Source: Yuukianura sp. NJ FZ-2021 (lineage: Eukaryota). From it: a stretch of DNA of 64,000 nt. A program made the position numbers and the translations under genes. Within the stretch, counting starts at the first letter, position 1; the number at the start of each line of letters is the position of its first letter. The notes beneath the pieces were generated by a model. It did no database searches, was not told the origin of the DNA, and saw only the letters and a list, made by a program, of their open reading frames with translations. The stretch covers positions 1,984,001-2,048,000 of the forward strand of contig CM102286.1 of NCBI GenBank assembly GCA_046563655.1, given 5' to 3'. Positions 24,601 to 35,600 of this stretch are shown here, one piece after another.

Positions 24601-27600
24601 ATGTCTTCTCCCTGCGTGTCATTCCTTCAATTTACAATTTTGACGTAAGTTTTTGAATTTTTTAAAACTTTTTTAAACCTTTTTTTTGTTTTAAATTTTG
24701 AATTCCTCATTATTACCTTGCGGTTTCAAAAACTCTTTTTTAGGATTTCAGTTTTACAAGTGTTGTGCTGGCTTCATTAACAGCGGAATTCAAATTTGAA
24801 ATTTCCCACCAGTGGCTATTGTTTTTTGTATTGACATTTTCAATTCCTCATTCACTTGGAATTTCTCCTCTGATTCAGTATTGTTCAGTGTGGGATGAAA
24901 AGGTTGAGGTTGAATGAGAAATTGAAAAGGGGGCAAAATGAGATTTGAACCGTGAAATGTAAACGTGGTCTCCGATTTTGAATTTGAATTTTGTTGTTTA
25001 CAGAACATTCAAGCAGCAAATTTTCCTTTCAAGCGGATCGAGCCCTTAGGTTTTTCCGCTAAATTCAAAATCGAAATTGTCTTTGAAACGGGATTTCGGA
25101 AATGCAGCGTTTTTTTTTTGTCTTTTTCGATTGCTGCTGGTTGTTAAAATTTTTCAAGTCGTATTTGATTTCCTCCCGGTAGGATTTGGAATGATTTTTC
25201 TGTTCTTTCATCTTCCCTCAGATTTCATAATCATGTTTGTTCTAATTTTTTTTTCTTGTACTCGAAATAGATAGAAAAAGCGATATTCTACCCCTATCCC
25301 TAGAGACATTTTATTTGCTCACTTTTCTAAGAAACTGTCGTACTGACTGACAGAACGCCCGTTTCACGTATTTAAAAAAATTGAAAAAAAAATTGGAAAT
25401 AAATCCGGTTGTAATCTGGAATGTACGAAAGTAGCGCAGCAAGAGATGGCGTTGCATTAGCAAACAGCTGATAACAACGGCACTAATGAACAGCAGTGTA
25501 ATTTAGTTAAATATGTTAGGCGAAAAAAAAATTGACCCGTAATGTCATTTATGGTGACATAGTATACCTATGTAGACGTTATTTGTCTCGATGAGATGAA
25601 CAACTTTTGTAAAGCTAATTTTCGTGTTACCGGAGATAAACACACTTGACCTTGACCTTTGACCCGAAAGAAGTTGACCCCTACCAGGATAATGTTCAAT
25701 AGCACGGGTCACGCGCTGCTCACTAGTGAAAACAGATCGCGGAAATGTCAAAACGTTTTCATGAGAATTGCCGTTGACAGACGGACAGACAAACAAGGTC
25801 AAACCATAAAGTAGCATAGCTTCGCTGTTTAAAAATGGGTTGAATTTTTGTAAACTCAAACCCAACCGCGGAACTAATCTTAAAAAACAAATTTTGTGCA
25901 ATACTGTACGAGAAAAGCGAAATTTTTTATGGTTGATTAATATATGACTTCTTTTGTCAAATTGTGTCCTCATTCAAGAGTTATAATTTGTCTCTTTCCA
26001 AAAACCGGGAAACATTTTTTCAAAACTTGGCTCCCCAAATGCTCCATGTACATTCAGTTAACATAATGTTTTGAAATACGTTGAAAATTTTTGAAATGGA
26101 GTGTTTAGCCAGGATGAATACTTTTAAAATGAGAGCGTTTAGAAAATTATGAAAATTTTAGAATTTGTTTGGCTGATGTGTTTAAACTGAGCATAAAACA
26201 AGCAAAACCTGACTTCAATGAAAGCAGATTTGCACTTTCAAGTTTTTAGTATAAAATCTTTTGACACTTTTGTGGAGTGTTGGTGTTTTCAATGACAAAT
26301 GGAATATTTTGTGGCTTCAAAATGTAATGTCCTGGCCTACCATTTTTCTGAAAGGAAAATCTGAATCTCATTTTCATAAATTTGTGTTTATGCGGCTCCT
26401 TTTTTTCTGAATTTGAAATACGCTTTTGATTTAAAATTTGGAACAAACTATTTTACTTTGTCAAAATTTAAAAGAAAGGTTGCTATTTTTTTTCAGAATT
26501 TAAAAGAAGCTTGGTTGACCTTCCCCTACCACTGTTGTGCTTTCCAGTTTCCAGAAACACACAATCCAGAGGAATACGCTAAGCATCAGGTAAAAAAAAT
26601 TTCCAATAATAAAAACAGTCTTTCTAAAAAAAACTCTTTTTTGATTTTTTTTATTCCTGGGCAAATCGTTCTAAAATTTGAAGGTTAAAAGGTTATATTT
26701 TGAATCAAAATTTTGACCTACCTTACTCAAAAAGTTTTTTGATTTTCGAGATTTCTCGTTACAAAACCTTGGCAAATTTATTCTGATATTCTCATTTTAT
26801 GGATTCAAATTCAAAATTCAAAAATTCGAGTAATGGGAGATGAAATTTCCTTTGTCGCAGGAAGAAGAACAATTTTTTGGAATTTGCAATTTGAAACCCA
26901 GAATTTGCTTAAGTAGAAAGCCTTGTCGTCAAGAGGCGAAGAAGACTCGAAGTGAAAATGGGAAAAAGTAGTTTCGTTTTTTTGAAAAAGTAAAAAGTGG
27001 AGAAGGAGATTGAAAGGCTTTGGCTCATTTAGTTTCCAAATGAGGAAGAAAGCCGTAAATGAAGAAAAATAGGATCTTAAACCCGAAAATCCGCCGACTG
27101 ACTCCCAAAGCCCCGGAAATTATCCACATAAGAAACCATGGCTTCCTGTCTTCGTCTCCTTTCCACATTCAAAGAAAATTAAAAGGTCCCGCCAAGGCAA
27201 CTTTTACTTAAAAGTCATGTTTGGAACGAATGCTAAGTCCAAAGACAAAGCACTTCCTACAACTACGATTGTGTCCTCCTTCTGTCTGTCTGTTGGCGCT
27301 TCTGGAAAGGACAATCGACACTGAAATACATTTATTTCACTCTCAACCAATTTCAAATTCTTCCGCTCTTTCTTCCACTTTCACTCTTCAGAAAATCATC
27401 AGACGCTTTTGTTCTACTTCCACAAGTAGTTCGGTAGTAATGGACATTTAAGTTCCTCCGAAGAGCTAATGTTAGACAAAGACGAGGGCTAAAGTTACGT
27501 TTTTCGAAATTTCGAAAAATGTCTTTTGAAAACGCAAGTCTAGGGCAATGTAACGTCTAATGTCAAGTGGAAAGTACCAGAAAACTATTAGTAGTTGTCG

Positions 27601-30600
27601 CGTGACACGAGTTTTTGGTAAAAATTGCAGCTTGCAGCAGCAGTTTGGAAGTTGCTGGGGTCATGGGAGGTCACACCGCACGGTTTTTATTTTTAGACAA
27701 AAAGTTGAAAGTTGGTACACAATGGACCAAAATTTAAAAAAAAAATTGGGAACCAAATTTTTAAGTATGTTGAAGTACGCATTGACATCAAAATCCATCG
27801 ACAACAGTTTTATATGACAAAAAATCAAAAAGAAAATTGTTTTTTATCAAATCTTGGTTTTTGATTAAAAACTGAAAATTTGCAGAATTTGTGTTTACGA
27901 GCTAATTTGATGAAATGTAAAAATTCATTTTTGTTTTTCTTTCGAAAGAAATGTAATGAATATTATTGTGAAAGAACTTTGATTTTTGAGTAGATGCCAA
28001 AACCATTTCTTTTATGCTGCAATTTGCAATTGAGTATGTCAGTATAGCCAATAATACACTTTGCGGATTAGAAAATAAATCTCTCTCCTTTTCTAATTTA
28101 AATTGGATTGTCATCATTTTTCAAATTTAAAAAAAAGACTGTAATTTGAAAAAAAAGTTCTTTAGAAATAGAGTTTTGCTACTAAGGAGTCACTCATCCC
28201 TGATAAAAGGAAGAACAGGATTCAATTGTAAAGCCGTTTTTTTTCTTTCTGCGAAGTGAAAGTGCGAACAGATTGGCTTTCACTTGACAACTGCTGCCTA
28301 GCTATTTCCTGTTCTTTTCTTCAAAGTGCTAATTCTCTCTCTTGGGAGACATAATAGAAAAAAGTATCTCAATGCTTCAATTCAAGTCTGCACTTTTTCA
28401 AACGACGACACTCATTTTGTTCGGCACCTTCAATGCCATTTTTTCTATCACTTGACCTTAAACTTGGTTCAAATTTTGAATTTCAAGCTTTCCCGCTAAA
28501 AATGTACGAAGATTTGTGTTTACGAATTTCCCGCAAATATTTTTAGTTAGTAATTTTCGTCGGTACTGCTTTTAAATTATAACAAAAATTCCTGGAAACT
28601 TATTTCGAGTTAAGTGTTTTTGATTGATGAGGGGTAAAACGCGCCACTTTGAAAAACTTTTTGAAGTAAATATACGTCAATAGCTAATTTGAATTTAATC
28701 AAAGCCCTGCTGGTCCCGGTACTTGTTGATTTGTACATTGACTAATTTAGGTTTCAATTAAGCATTTGACATTTGAAATTAAGTTTTAATTGGCCTCTTG
28801 TCCTAGGAGTTCATCAACACTTTGAAGGAGACTTGTGTTGAAACTAATCCGGATGTCAACAAGTCTTACGGAAATGGTAGTGCGCAGAAAGACAGAACCA
28901 GAAGACAACTGCGCATGAGCTCTCACAACAAAACGTCTAAAGATCCTTCACGCGGTACTTGAACTTTGTCCTTGATTTGCAAATATTTAAAAAGAACTTG
29001 ATTACTCTTAGTGAAAAACCCAAAATTTTCAACTTTTTGAAAATTTTTGAAAAGGACGACGACAGAAACCAAGCGCGGTAGAAGAATTCGATCCGTTTGC
29101 ACTGGAACATGACAAATCCTTTGGTAAATTCTCTAAACTCACTTTTTCAAAGTTTCAACCAGAAGTTAATTTTTATGACTTTGTAGACTAGCTTTTTCCT
29201 AAGTCCTGTTTTGAACTTTTTTTTCTAAGGTCACCTCCCTGCCCCCAAAGATGTCAATTCTCAAGGTCAAGGTCACCGTGCAGATTCACGACAAGATGAC
29301 TTCGGTACGTTTCACTCCGACGTTATCACTGGTCCACCTCCGACACGGATTGCCCACTGTGGACATGTGACACAACGCAAAGCGCCAATCGTCGACTGCC
29401 AACCACTTCCAGACGCTTTTAGTCCCTGTGAAGATATCATGGGCAACGCGTGGCTCCGAGGAGCCGTTTGGTAAGTGTCGACAAAAGAAAAACAATTTCA
29501 GCAACACTCTCGTCCATTTCTCTCGTTTTTCAAAAATTCGCGGCCCGAAGACGCTGTATCAAAATGCCCCAAAGTTTGCTTTTAAAATTATCTTTGGTGT
29601 AAGTTGCACATTGACGATAAATATTCCATTTTCTGTAACAAAAACAACCACAACAGCTCAAAAACAACTAAAACTGTCAATTTTTAGAACTTTTAGGTCA
29701 TAAACATAACTTTTTACGATGTCATAGTTCAGAAGAAAACATTTCAAAATCATTTAAGGCCTCTTTCTAATCTTAAGTGACAAAATGACAAGCACTCCAA
29801 ATTGATTTTCCATAAAAAAAGACAAAAAGAGACAATAGCGTTATAATTTTTAGTCAAAAACTTCTAAAATCTCAAAATTTTCCTGAAATCCGTCTCGAAC
29901 AATTTGTTTGAAATTGTGTATAAAATTTTGAAATTTTTGAAATCTGGACAGGGTGGTCGTGTCACTGGCTTTAGTTGGAAACACTGCTGTGCTGGTCGTT
30001 CTAATTTTAGCGCCAGGCAGAATGTCCGTTCAGCGCTTCCTCATGGCCAACCTGTCATGGGCTGATCTGTGCATGGGAATTTACTTGTTGATGGTCGCCA
30101 CACAAGACTTGGTGTCACTTGGATCCTACTTCAACTATGCAATTGACTGGCAGTTGGGCTGGGGATGTCAACTGGCTGGATTTTTCACAGTGTTTGCATC
30201 TGAACTGTCAGTATTTACATTGGCAGTTATCACTGGAGAGCGGTGGTACGCTTTGACACGAGCACTCCATCTTACCAAGCGACTTACAATTGCAAAAGCA
30301 GCGAAACTCATGTCGCTCGGCTGGTTCTGTGCAATTGTGCTGGCAGCACTTCCGCTAGTCGGAGTTTCGTCATATTCCAGAACAAGGTTAGATTTCAAAA
30401 TTTTCTGAAATTAAATTTTCAAGATTTTTCAAAATCTTGACTTTTTGTGTCCAGTATTTGTCTCCCAATGGAAGCTACAACGGTAGAAGCCCAAGCGTAT
30501 CTCGTTTTTCTACTGATCTTCAACGGCGTTGCTTTTACGTTGGTTGCCTACGCTTATATGCAAATGTACCGAGCAGTAGCTGGACATGGCAACATGGGCA

Positions 30601-32215
30601 GTGGAGCCCCGGCAGCACATTCGGCTGATGCTGCCATTGCCAAGAAAATGGCACTTCTCGTTTTTACAGACTTTGCATGCTGGGCGCCAGTCGCGTTCTT
30701 CGGCTTGACGGCAGTAGCTGGAGCTCCACTCATCGGTCAGTGCCAATTCTTGGAAGAAAAATTTGCAAATTTGCAAAATTTTTGCAAATTTCGATGCTAA
30801 ATATTCATTATAACTTTTGTTTCTAGGTGTAACGGACTCGAAGATCCTCCTGGTTTTCTTCTACCCTTTGAATGCATGTTGTAATCCATACTTGTATGCC
30901 ATTATGACAAAACAGTACAGACGAGATCTTCTTCTTCTGCTGAGCAGGTAAGCTACTGGGCTTTCATAAGGAATAACAAATTCCTTAAACACATAAGACC
31001 AAAAACTACTTAAGCCTAAGTGCGATTAACCATCTTAATTACTACTTAAGCTTTAACACTTCACCTTAAATGCTTTTCTCAGAACCCTCTTAAGGCGTCC
31101 TTTTGTTCTCTACTTTCGCTTCTCTTTGATCCACTTCCACCTCCGCGTCTTAACACGAGCCAGTGATGTCATCTTTCACTTCGGAAATGCTGTTTAATTA
31201 AAATTTTCTAAATAAAAGTAATTTTTAATTTAAAGCCAAGACTTTTAAATTTAATTCTCAAAAATTTTCATTTTCTAAACACTTTACCTCAACTCACATC
31301 ACTTTTGAATGTTTTTTTGTTCGAAGATGTTTGTTTTTGCCAGACTGAGAGACAGACAGACAAAGAAAAGCTGAATGCATAAAGTGGGTTTCACTATTTA
31401 GAAATCCAAAGTTACCAACTTTTGAAAAAAAAAATTCTGTTTTACAGTTTCTTTTCTAAAACGAAAGAAAAACTGAATTTTTGAAACTCAGTTTTTCCGA
31501 TGAAGTTTTGGCATTTTGATGAATCCAAAGTCCCCGTCCTTTGCATGGTGCTTGGGCACCTACAAAAAATTCTAAAATTACTGAAACTTTTTAAGAACTT
31601 TTTTTCTTTGTTTTTAATTCTTTTCATTGTTTACCGCGATTTGGTGAGCGAAGACACGGGATTTGTACGAAACGAGCAGCACGCTACAAAACTGGCCAAA
31701 CAGGTTCCACCAACAACACAATGCACACGATGCAAACGATCCTGCGTCTGGGATCTGTCGCTGAAACGAAAGTGGCCAATGGGCAAGGGCGGATCTCCGT
31801 TGGGAGTATGGGTGGGAACTCACTTCAGTCGGGAGTGTCAACTTGTTCCAGTGCTGTGACCTGCTTGCCCAGAGTCCCCAGTGCCACAATTGTCACTACC
31901 GGGGTTGAATCAAGCCAGAAGTCACCCGTTTGTTCCATTATTACTGAAAAAGAAGTGGACGACGACATGAACGACGCTGGAACTGATAGACTCTTGGCTG
32001 AAACCAGTTTTGTTTCCGTTCCAGCGGAGACGCTGATTGGTGGAAGTGGAAGTCACGTGAGTATGAAGAATATTGGAAAGCAGAAACATGTGAGAATCAG
32101 TACTGGATCTTCTCCGGAAGACGATTCTGTTTTCACCAAGGCGTCTAAAGGTGCTACTGAAAATTGTGCTGATTCAGAACATGATGTGTCCGAGTCCACT
32201 CCTTTTTGTCCTTAG
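6696..32215 (+). CDS. Lgr1: Type A LGR / glycoprotein hormone receptor (FSHR/LHCGR/TSHR-like, GPA2/GPB5 receptor family), about 1030 aa, 18 coding exons: 6696-6906, 7249-7543, 8384-8461, 9062-9136, 9593-9670, 9771-9845, 21418-21486, 22069-22137, 22252-22326, 24527-24644, 26497-26589, 28807-28954, 29055-29123, 29230-29470, 29952-30386, 30455-30735, 30827-30947, 31654-32215
   Basis: Phase-consistent GT-AG exons sum to 3093 nt. Signal-peptide-like N-terminus; Cys-rich LRRNT (CSCW...ECKC); 69-78 nt phase-2 LRR exons (e.g. [28 protein letters not shown]); hinge [14 protein letters not shown]; 7TM motifs [64 protein letters not shown]. First exon is the least certain. Confidence 0.9.
10577..10926. 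repeat. About 175-bp tandem direct duplication inside the Sola-like element; partial third copy at about 18938-19005
   Basis: GGCAAGGCAAATATATCCAAAAGTTGAATTTCAGC...GTAGAGTACGCGTGAATTTT at 10577-10750 and 10752-10926. Confidence 0.9.
10921..13920. repeat. 45-bp tandem repeat (minisatellite/satellite), about 66 near-identical copies
   Basis: Unit ACTGTGAACCAGACCTTGCTAAGTCCCTTGAAGAGAAAA(A/T)TTTTT; the line pattern recurs every 180 bp; there are no unique spacers. Confidence 0.97.
14025..15113 (+). repeat. 5' LTR (1089 bp)
   Basis: Starts TGTGAG, ends TTACA; near-identical to 17797-18884 at an offset of 3772. Confidence 0.95.
15117..15134 (+). other. Primer binding site, tRNA-Pro-like (imperfect)
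   Basis: TGGGGGCTCAGACGGGAA begins 3 nt after the LTR; resembles the canonical tRNA-Pro PBS TGGGGGCTCGTCCGGGAT (first 9 nt and CGGGA match). Confidence 0.75.
15234..16988 (+). CDS. gag: Retrotransposon Gag (Ty3/Gypsy, Arc-like capsid domain) with long acidic C-terminal extension, 584 aa
   Basis: LPKFDGS...[39 protein letters not shown] (major homology region-like); ORF lies between PBS and PPT; no CCHC knuckle seen. Confidence 0.88.
   Translation: MERRSRRGRAQGNGCAEAVTRTKKMADKVPQVDRKILNRRDCPLPKFDGSYCVQPYEYLLKLERYMQVWGICEEDMMEQVLPVAFSGRAAIWYQFIYKILDSWSTFRSEFRRKFEPPGYQRELKRALLDRYQGREEKLTDYVLTMCSLFDKLEVAPSEEQKVMQVIELMNPESRERLRWIGQRFADTRELYKAAEEVERRIALDSMYHEPTTFNVIDPGLSYHGSNHSTDADSGWIDRHGRKARGQREKSSFGGASQGLSRQWGNGIDPKELAVPVDSYVGDSSAVSFAPMSSEIQSGIYKGITSERPTVGNDWKGGDEPRTHAQTQESGTTVVLASHSSTLETGMDMEQESLEDSEVDYCGLIDAFENCTSLSSSQDEVTSETLTRGTEVSCFLLDSPEESHCQFGTAALGDKTSEVWEEITGTFGCNYEECIATEIDDWEDWEEVSVVSTEVITDSGVAVMSLSSIEPCREKVVDKGTQPQRLNLNQLNDYTDHDSNARLFSEFQTTQLDMDRRKRAILDLTKTTARFPRDGFVQRKRDGTWPFRGKMQLDVDWKWKDGRQKRRLLSGRVTAEGEDPGGFCL
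17021..17544. repeat. About 45-bp imperfect inverted repeats enclosing about 31-bp tandem repeats, in the 3' non-coding region of the LTR element
   Basis: GAGACGGTGAGTGAAACGTACTCTGATTCTAGAAA at 17021 pairs with TTTCTAGAATCAGAGTACGAAAAACTCACCGTCTC ending at 17544; internal TGTTCTGAACATGTTCTA-type units at about 17216-17320. Confidence 0.85.
17785..17793 (+). other. Polypurine tract
   Basis: GAGGGGGGA just upstream of the 3' LTR. Confidence 0.8.
17797..18884 (+). repeat. 3' LTR (1088 bp)
   Basis: TG...CA; followed by the AAGT TSD. Confidence 0.95.
18889..18937. mobile_element. Right terminus of a Tc1/mariner-like element (continuing from about 13921-14024 across the LTR insertion); left end not found
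   Basis: Ends ...GGTGGTACACCCTG followed by TA, the TA lying at the TATATCCAAAAG position of the 175-bp repeat unit. Confidence 0.5.
22977..23230. mobile_element. Diverged uninterrupted copy of the MITE-like family at 10131/19291
   Basis: TTCTACAACAGGATGTCCAATAACTCG...CTATGGCAATTTT...GGACAACTTGTTGTAAAAATTACAATTC...TGTCAAGGAACCTTGGAC is colinear with 10161-10312 joined to 19165-19291. An inverted fragment also lies at about 6920-6960. Confidence 0.65.
25520..25830 (+). mobile_element. Possible Helentron-associated (HINE/DINE-1-like) non-autonomous element
   Basis: GC-richer island with GACCTTGACCTTTGACCC, a GACA/GACG microsatellite (GACAGACGGACAGACAAACA) and a small terminal hairpin ATAGC-TTC-GCTGT. 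Boundaries approximate. Confidence 0.4.
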
Positions 32216-32682
32216 CAGTATTCTCTGTAACCAACAAAACAATTAACAAAGTTAACTAATTAACATTTAACACTGAGTTAATTAAGATCTAAAGAAGATA
32301 TTACCTTTTTGAACAAAAGTATTACCGTTTGGGTGTTAGATTTACACGTTTGAGGCTGAATCTACAAAATATTAGGCTTTACATGTATTTCTTTTAGCCC
32401 CACCCCATCATACCTCTGAACAAGTTTCATCTCTGTCCTAAAATTTTAGTAAATACACGAATTTGTAACTGTAGATTGTAATTTTGTGTAAATTGACCGT
32501 TGACTGTATTGCATTTTAATCGTTACCGTATCCGAACAAAAGTACCTCCGAAGTACTTTTCGAAAAAGTACTTGTAACAAATTATTGATACATATAGTGT
32601 CGTGCGTCATGTATTTCTTAGATCTAGTAACTCTCTCACCGAATAAATTAAAAGTACTTTGTTGTTTTCGATTTGGATATAA

Positions 32683-35600
32683 TCACAAACTGTCACTCAG
32701 TTGCAACAGCTCTTCGGCTAACTTAAAGTCGTAGCTGGATTCTGGAATAAGCTGAAGGATTTGCACCAGCATTTCACCAATTGACTCCTTCGAAAATCTT
32801 AGACTGTGGAGGTTACTGTACTCCTAAAAGGAAATCCAAAAGCATTTTCAAAACTAAAATTTTGAATTCTCTTTCAAAAATGTTTTTGCTGTAAGAAACC
32901 TTACCAACATGTCCAACCACTTGGAAAGATTTGTGCTCACAGCAGCGATTACGTCTGTGATATTTTCTCTCCTTTGGTTTACAATGTAACTCGTCCTCAT
33001 TCCAGCAATAAGAAGCAGCTTGGTGCCCAGAATGTCTCTGGCTTGTACTAACGGAATTGCCTTTAAAAAAGTAAAACCAAAAATAAATTATTAATACCGA
33101 AAAATACATTAATTGAGTTAATGGTAAATTACCTCAACGCCAAGCAAATCCCAACCGCACGAGTACAGTCCACAGGCATAAGTTATCCTCAGCCCATCCA
33201 AGTCCATTCGCCATGTCCTAGCCAGGTCCAGACACTTCGTAACCCAGTTTTCGCATTCCTTGACTGAAACTATGCTCGGTTCAACCTAAAAACATTGAAA
33301 ATGGATCAAAAATCGATCAAATGGCTGAATTGTGATTTTTTTTTCTAACTCGTTTGAATTCTGCAACTGAAGAAGTTGGTGACGGTGGGACCTCTGCTGG
33401 TTTTTCTTCAGAAATAGCTCGAATGGCTCCACTGATTGTACGACAAAGAAAATCTTCCCGAAGTACCTTCAAGGCCAAATCCACTTCAAAGTGGGAAATC
33501 GGCGTTGGATTTTGTAAACTTTGGAACAGCAGCATGGAACACTAAAAAACGAAAAACGTGAACTTTCAACATTCTTTTCGTTTTTCTATGTGAATTTTTA
33601 GTTAGAATTCTTAGAAAATTACCTTAGTATCAAACAGATTTGTCGGTTTCATGGTGCCTCTTAGCCGAAAAGTGTAGAAAAACTGGGCACACAGAGCCAA
33701 TTGATAATGGAGTAAAATCATATCGAAGTTTGGAAGTGGCTGAAGCAGCGCCAAGTCTGTAAGTGATGCATTGCTATTTGCCTCATTTGACCAATGATTC
33801 TTAGGTGCTGAATGGGGTGGAGGTAAGGTTCCATCACAAGCACTACTTGCTTCCATGAATAAGTCCAAAAACTGGACACATTGGTCCAGAAAACTCAGCT
33901 TCTTCTCCGGAGTGGTGAATCCACCAGTCTTGTCTGCAAGTTTTTCACGACTCGTCTTTGAAATGTTTACCACCGCTGCAAATTTCTTGCTCACGAAAAT
34001 AGTCCACATCATGGAAATCATGCCTTGACGAATATAAGGAGAACTGATTGATCCAGCACACTTCACTGCTGCTGCCAAGTATTCCACATTGTCTGTCTCA
34101 TTTTTCCATTCCAAGCAGTACTCCCAGCAGTAGTTTGATAAAATGATGCTTGACGAAAGGCTCACCGAGAAATTCTCACGAAGTGACCTTAGCAAATCTG
34201 GAACCAAAAAATTCAAAATTAGCTTCCAGCATTTCAGCAGCTGAAATGGCAAGCATAACAAGCACATTCCGAAGTTTACCAAGTACATGCTGGGAGCTTT
34301 GATCTATATCAAGCGGCTCTGTGCCACTTTCAACTTCATCTTGGATTGCTTCCGTCTTGGATACCGCCGTTGAAGGGCTTTGCATCTTCTCGTTCTGAGA
34401 AAAACGCGCCAATGATTTTGTGATTAACTGAGGTTCAATTCCAATAGTCGTCAGCCAGCGACCGACAAGTTCAGCAATGCACCCTGCCATAAAATTTTTA
34501 AACACAAGTTTAGAAATTTCGAAATCGAATTGACTTGTGATGAAGTTTTTCAAATTGCCTTTTCCTTTGTCCAGTAACTTGATGACAGTGAGAGATTCCA
34601 CTTGTCCTTTGAGGACTGGTAACTGCGGTGTATCCAACTGTGGCTTCTGCACCAAAATGGAAGATAACAGAGACAAGTCTTCAATTTGCTTCAAAAGAAT
34701 ATTCCACTTCAACAAATCCAGCGAAATGTTTTCGAAATCTGCAGCGATCGAGGTAGTAGAAGTTCCTTCAACGGCTGAAGAAGAGGATTCGCCTCCAATT
34801 GCTTCAGAAGACTCCGAAATACCCGCATTTTCCTTGACCTTCTCCGATTTGCTTGTCAAATCCTAAAATTACAGGGAAAAATATTAATAAAATTTGAAAA
34901 ATTTGTAATCCAGAACACAATTACTTGTCGCTGCTGCTGTTGATAATCTATGGCGACACCTCTGCAAACAATTGCGAAACTGTAAATCGGGAAAATGTCG
35001 GAGCTACTTGAAATTTCCTTCCGAATTCCCTCCCACCATGTACTGACTTGGTTGAAATCACTAATCACAGAAGTGTAACCTAAAAAAATAAAATTACATA
35101 AGAAAAAAACTTAATAAAATTGAAAAAAAGATGCTTACTACGATAAAAAATACGTTTTTAGTATAAGTTAGTTCTACCTTGTAAATCACAGAGACATTTG
35201 AGAACATGGTAGAGCTTCTCCATGTACATGACATAATTGCTACTCAGCATCGTGTTTTGGCACCAATACTTCAGCGCTATCACTAACAACTCAGCCGCAA
35301 CCAAACCAGCATCCCGCAACTTTTGCTCCCAGTCAATCAGATTCGTAGTTCCATTGAGACAGCCACAAAATAGTAGTTCACCTAAAAGTTCAACAAATGA
35401 AAAAAAAATTAGTCGTTTAAAAGTTTAGACTGAATTTAATTAATCTGTGCAGTATTACCAAACTTATCGACTCCGTCATACTTGAAGTTGATTGGGGATG
35501 TCAATGTTGAGTTGGCAGCACTCAAGGCTTTGATTTTGTTTGGATCAAATTCGAGTGCGAAACAGCCAAAGAACTCATTCAAGTTCCAGTCTCCCGAGTC

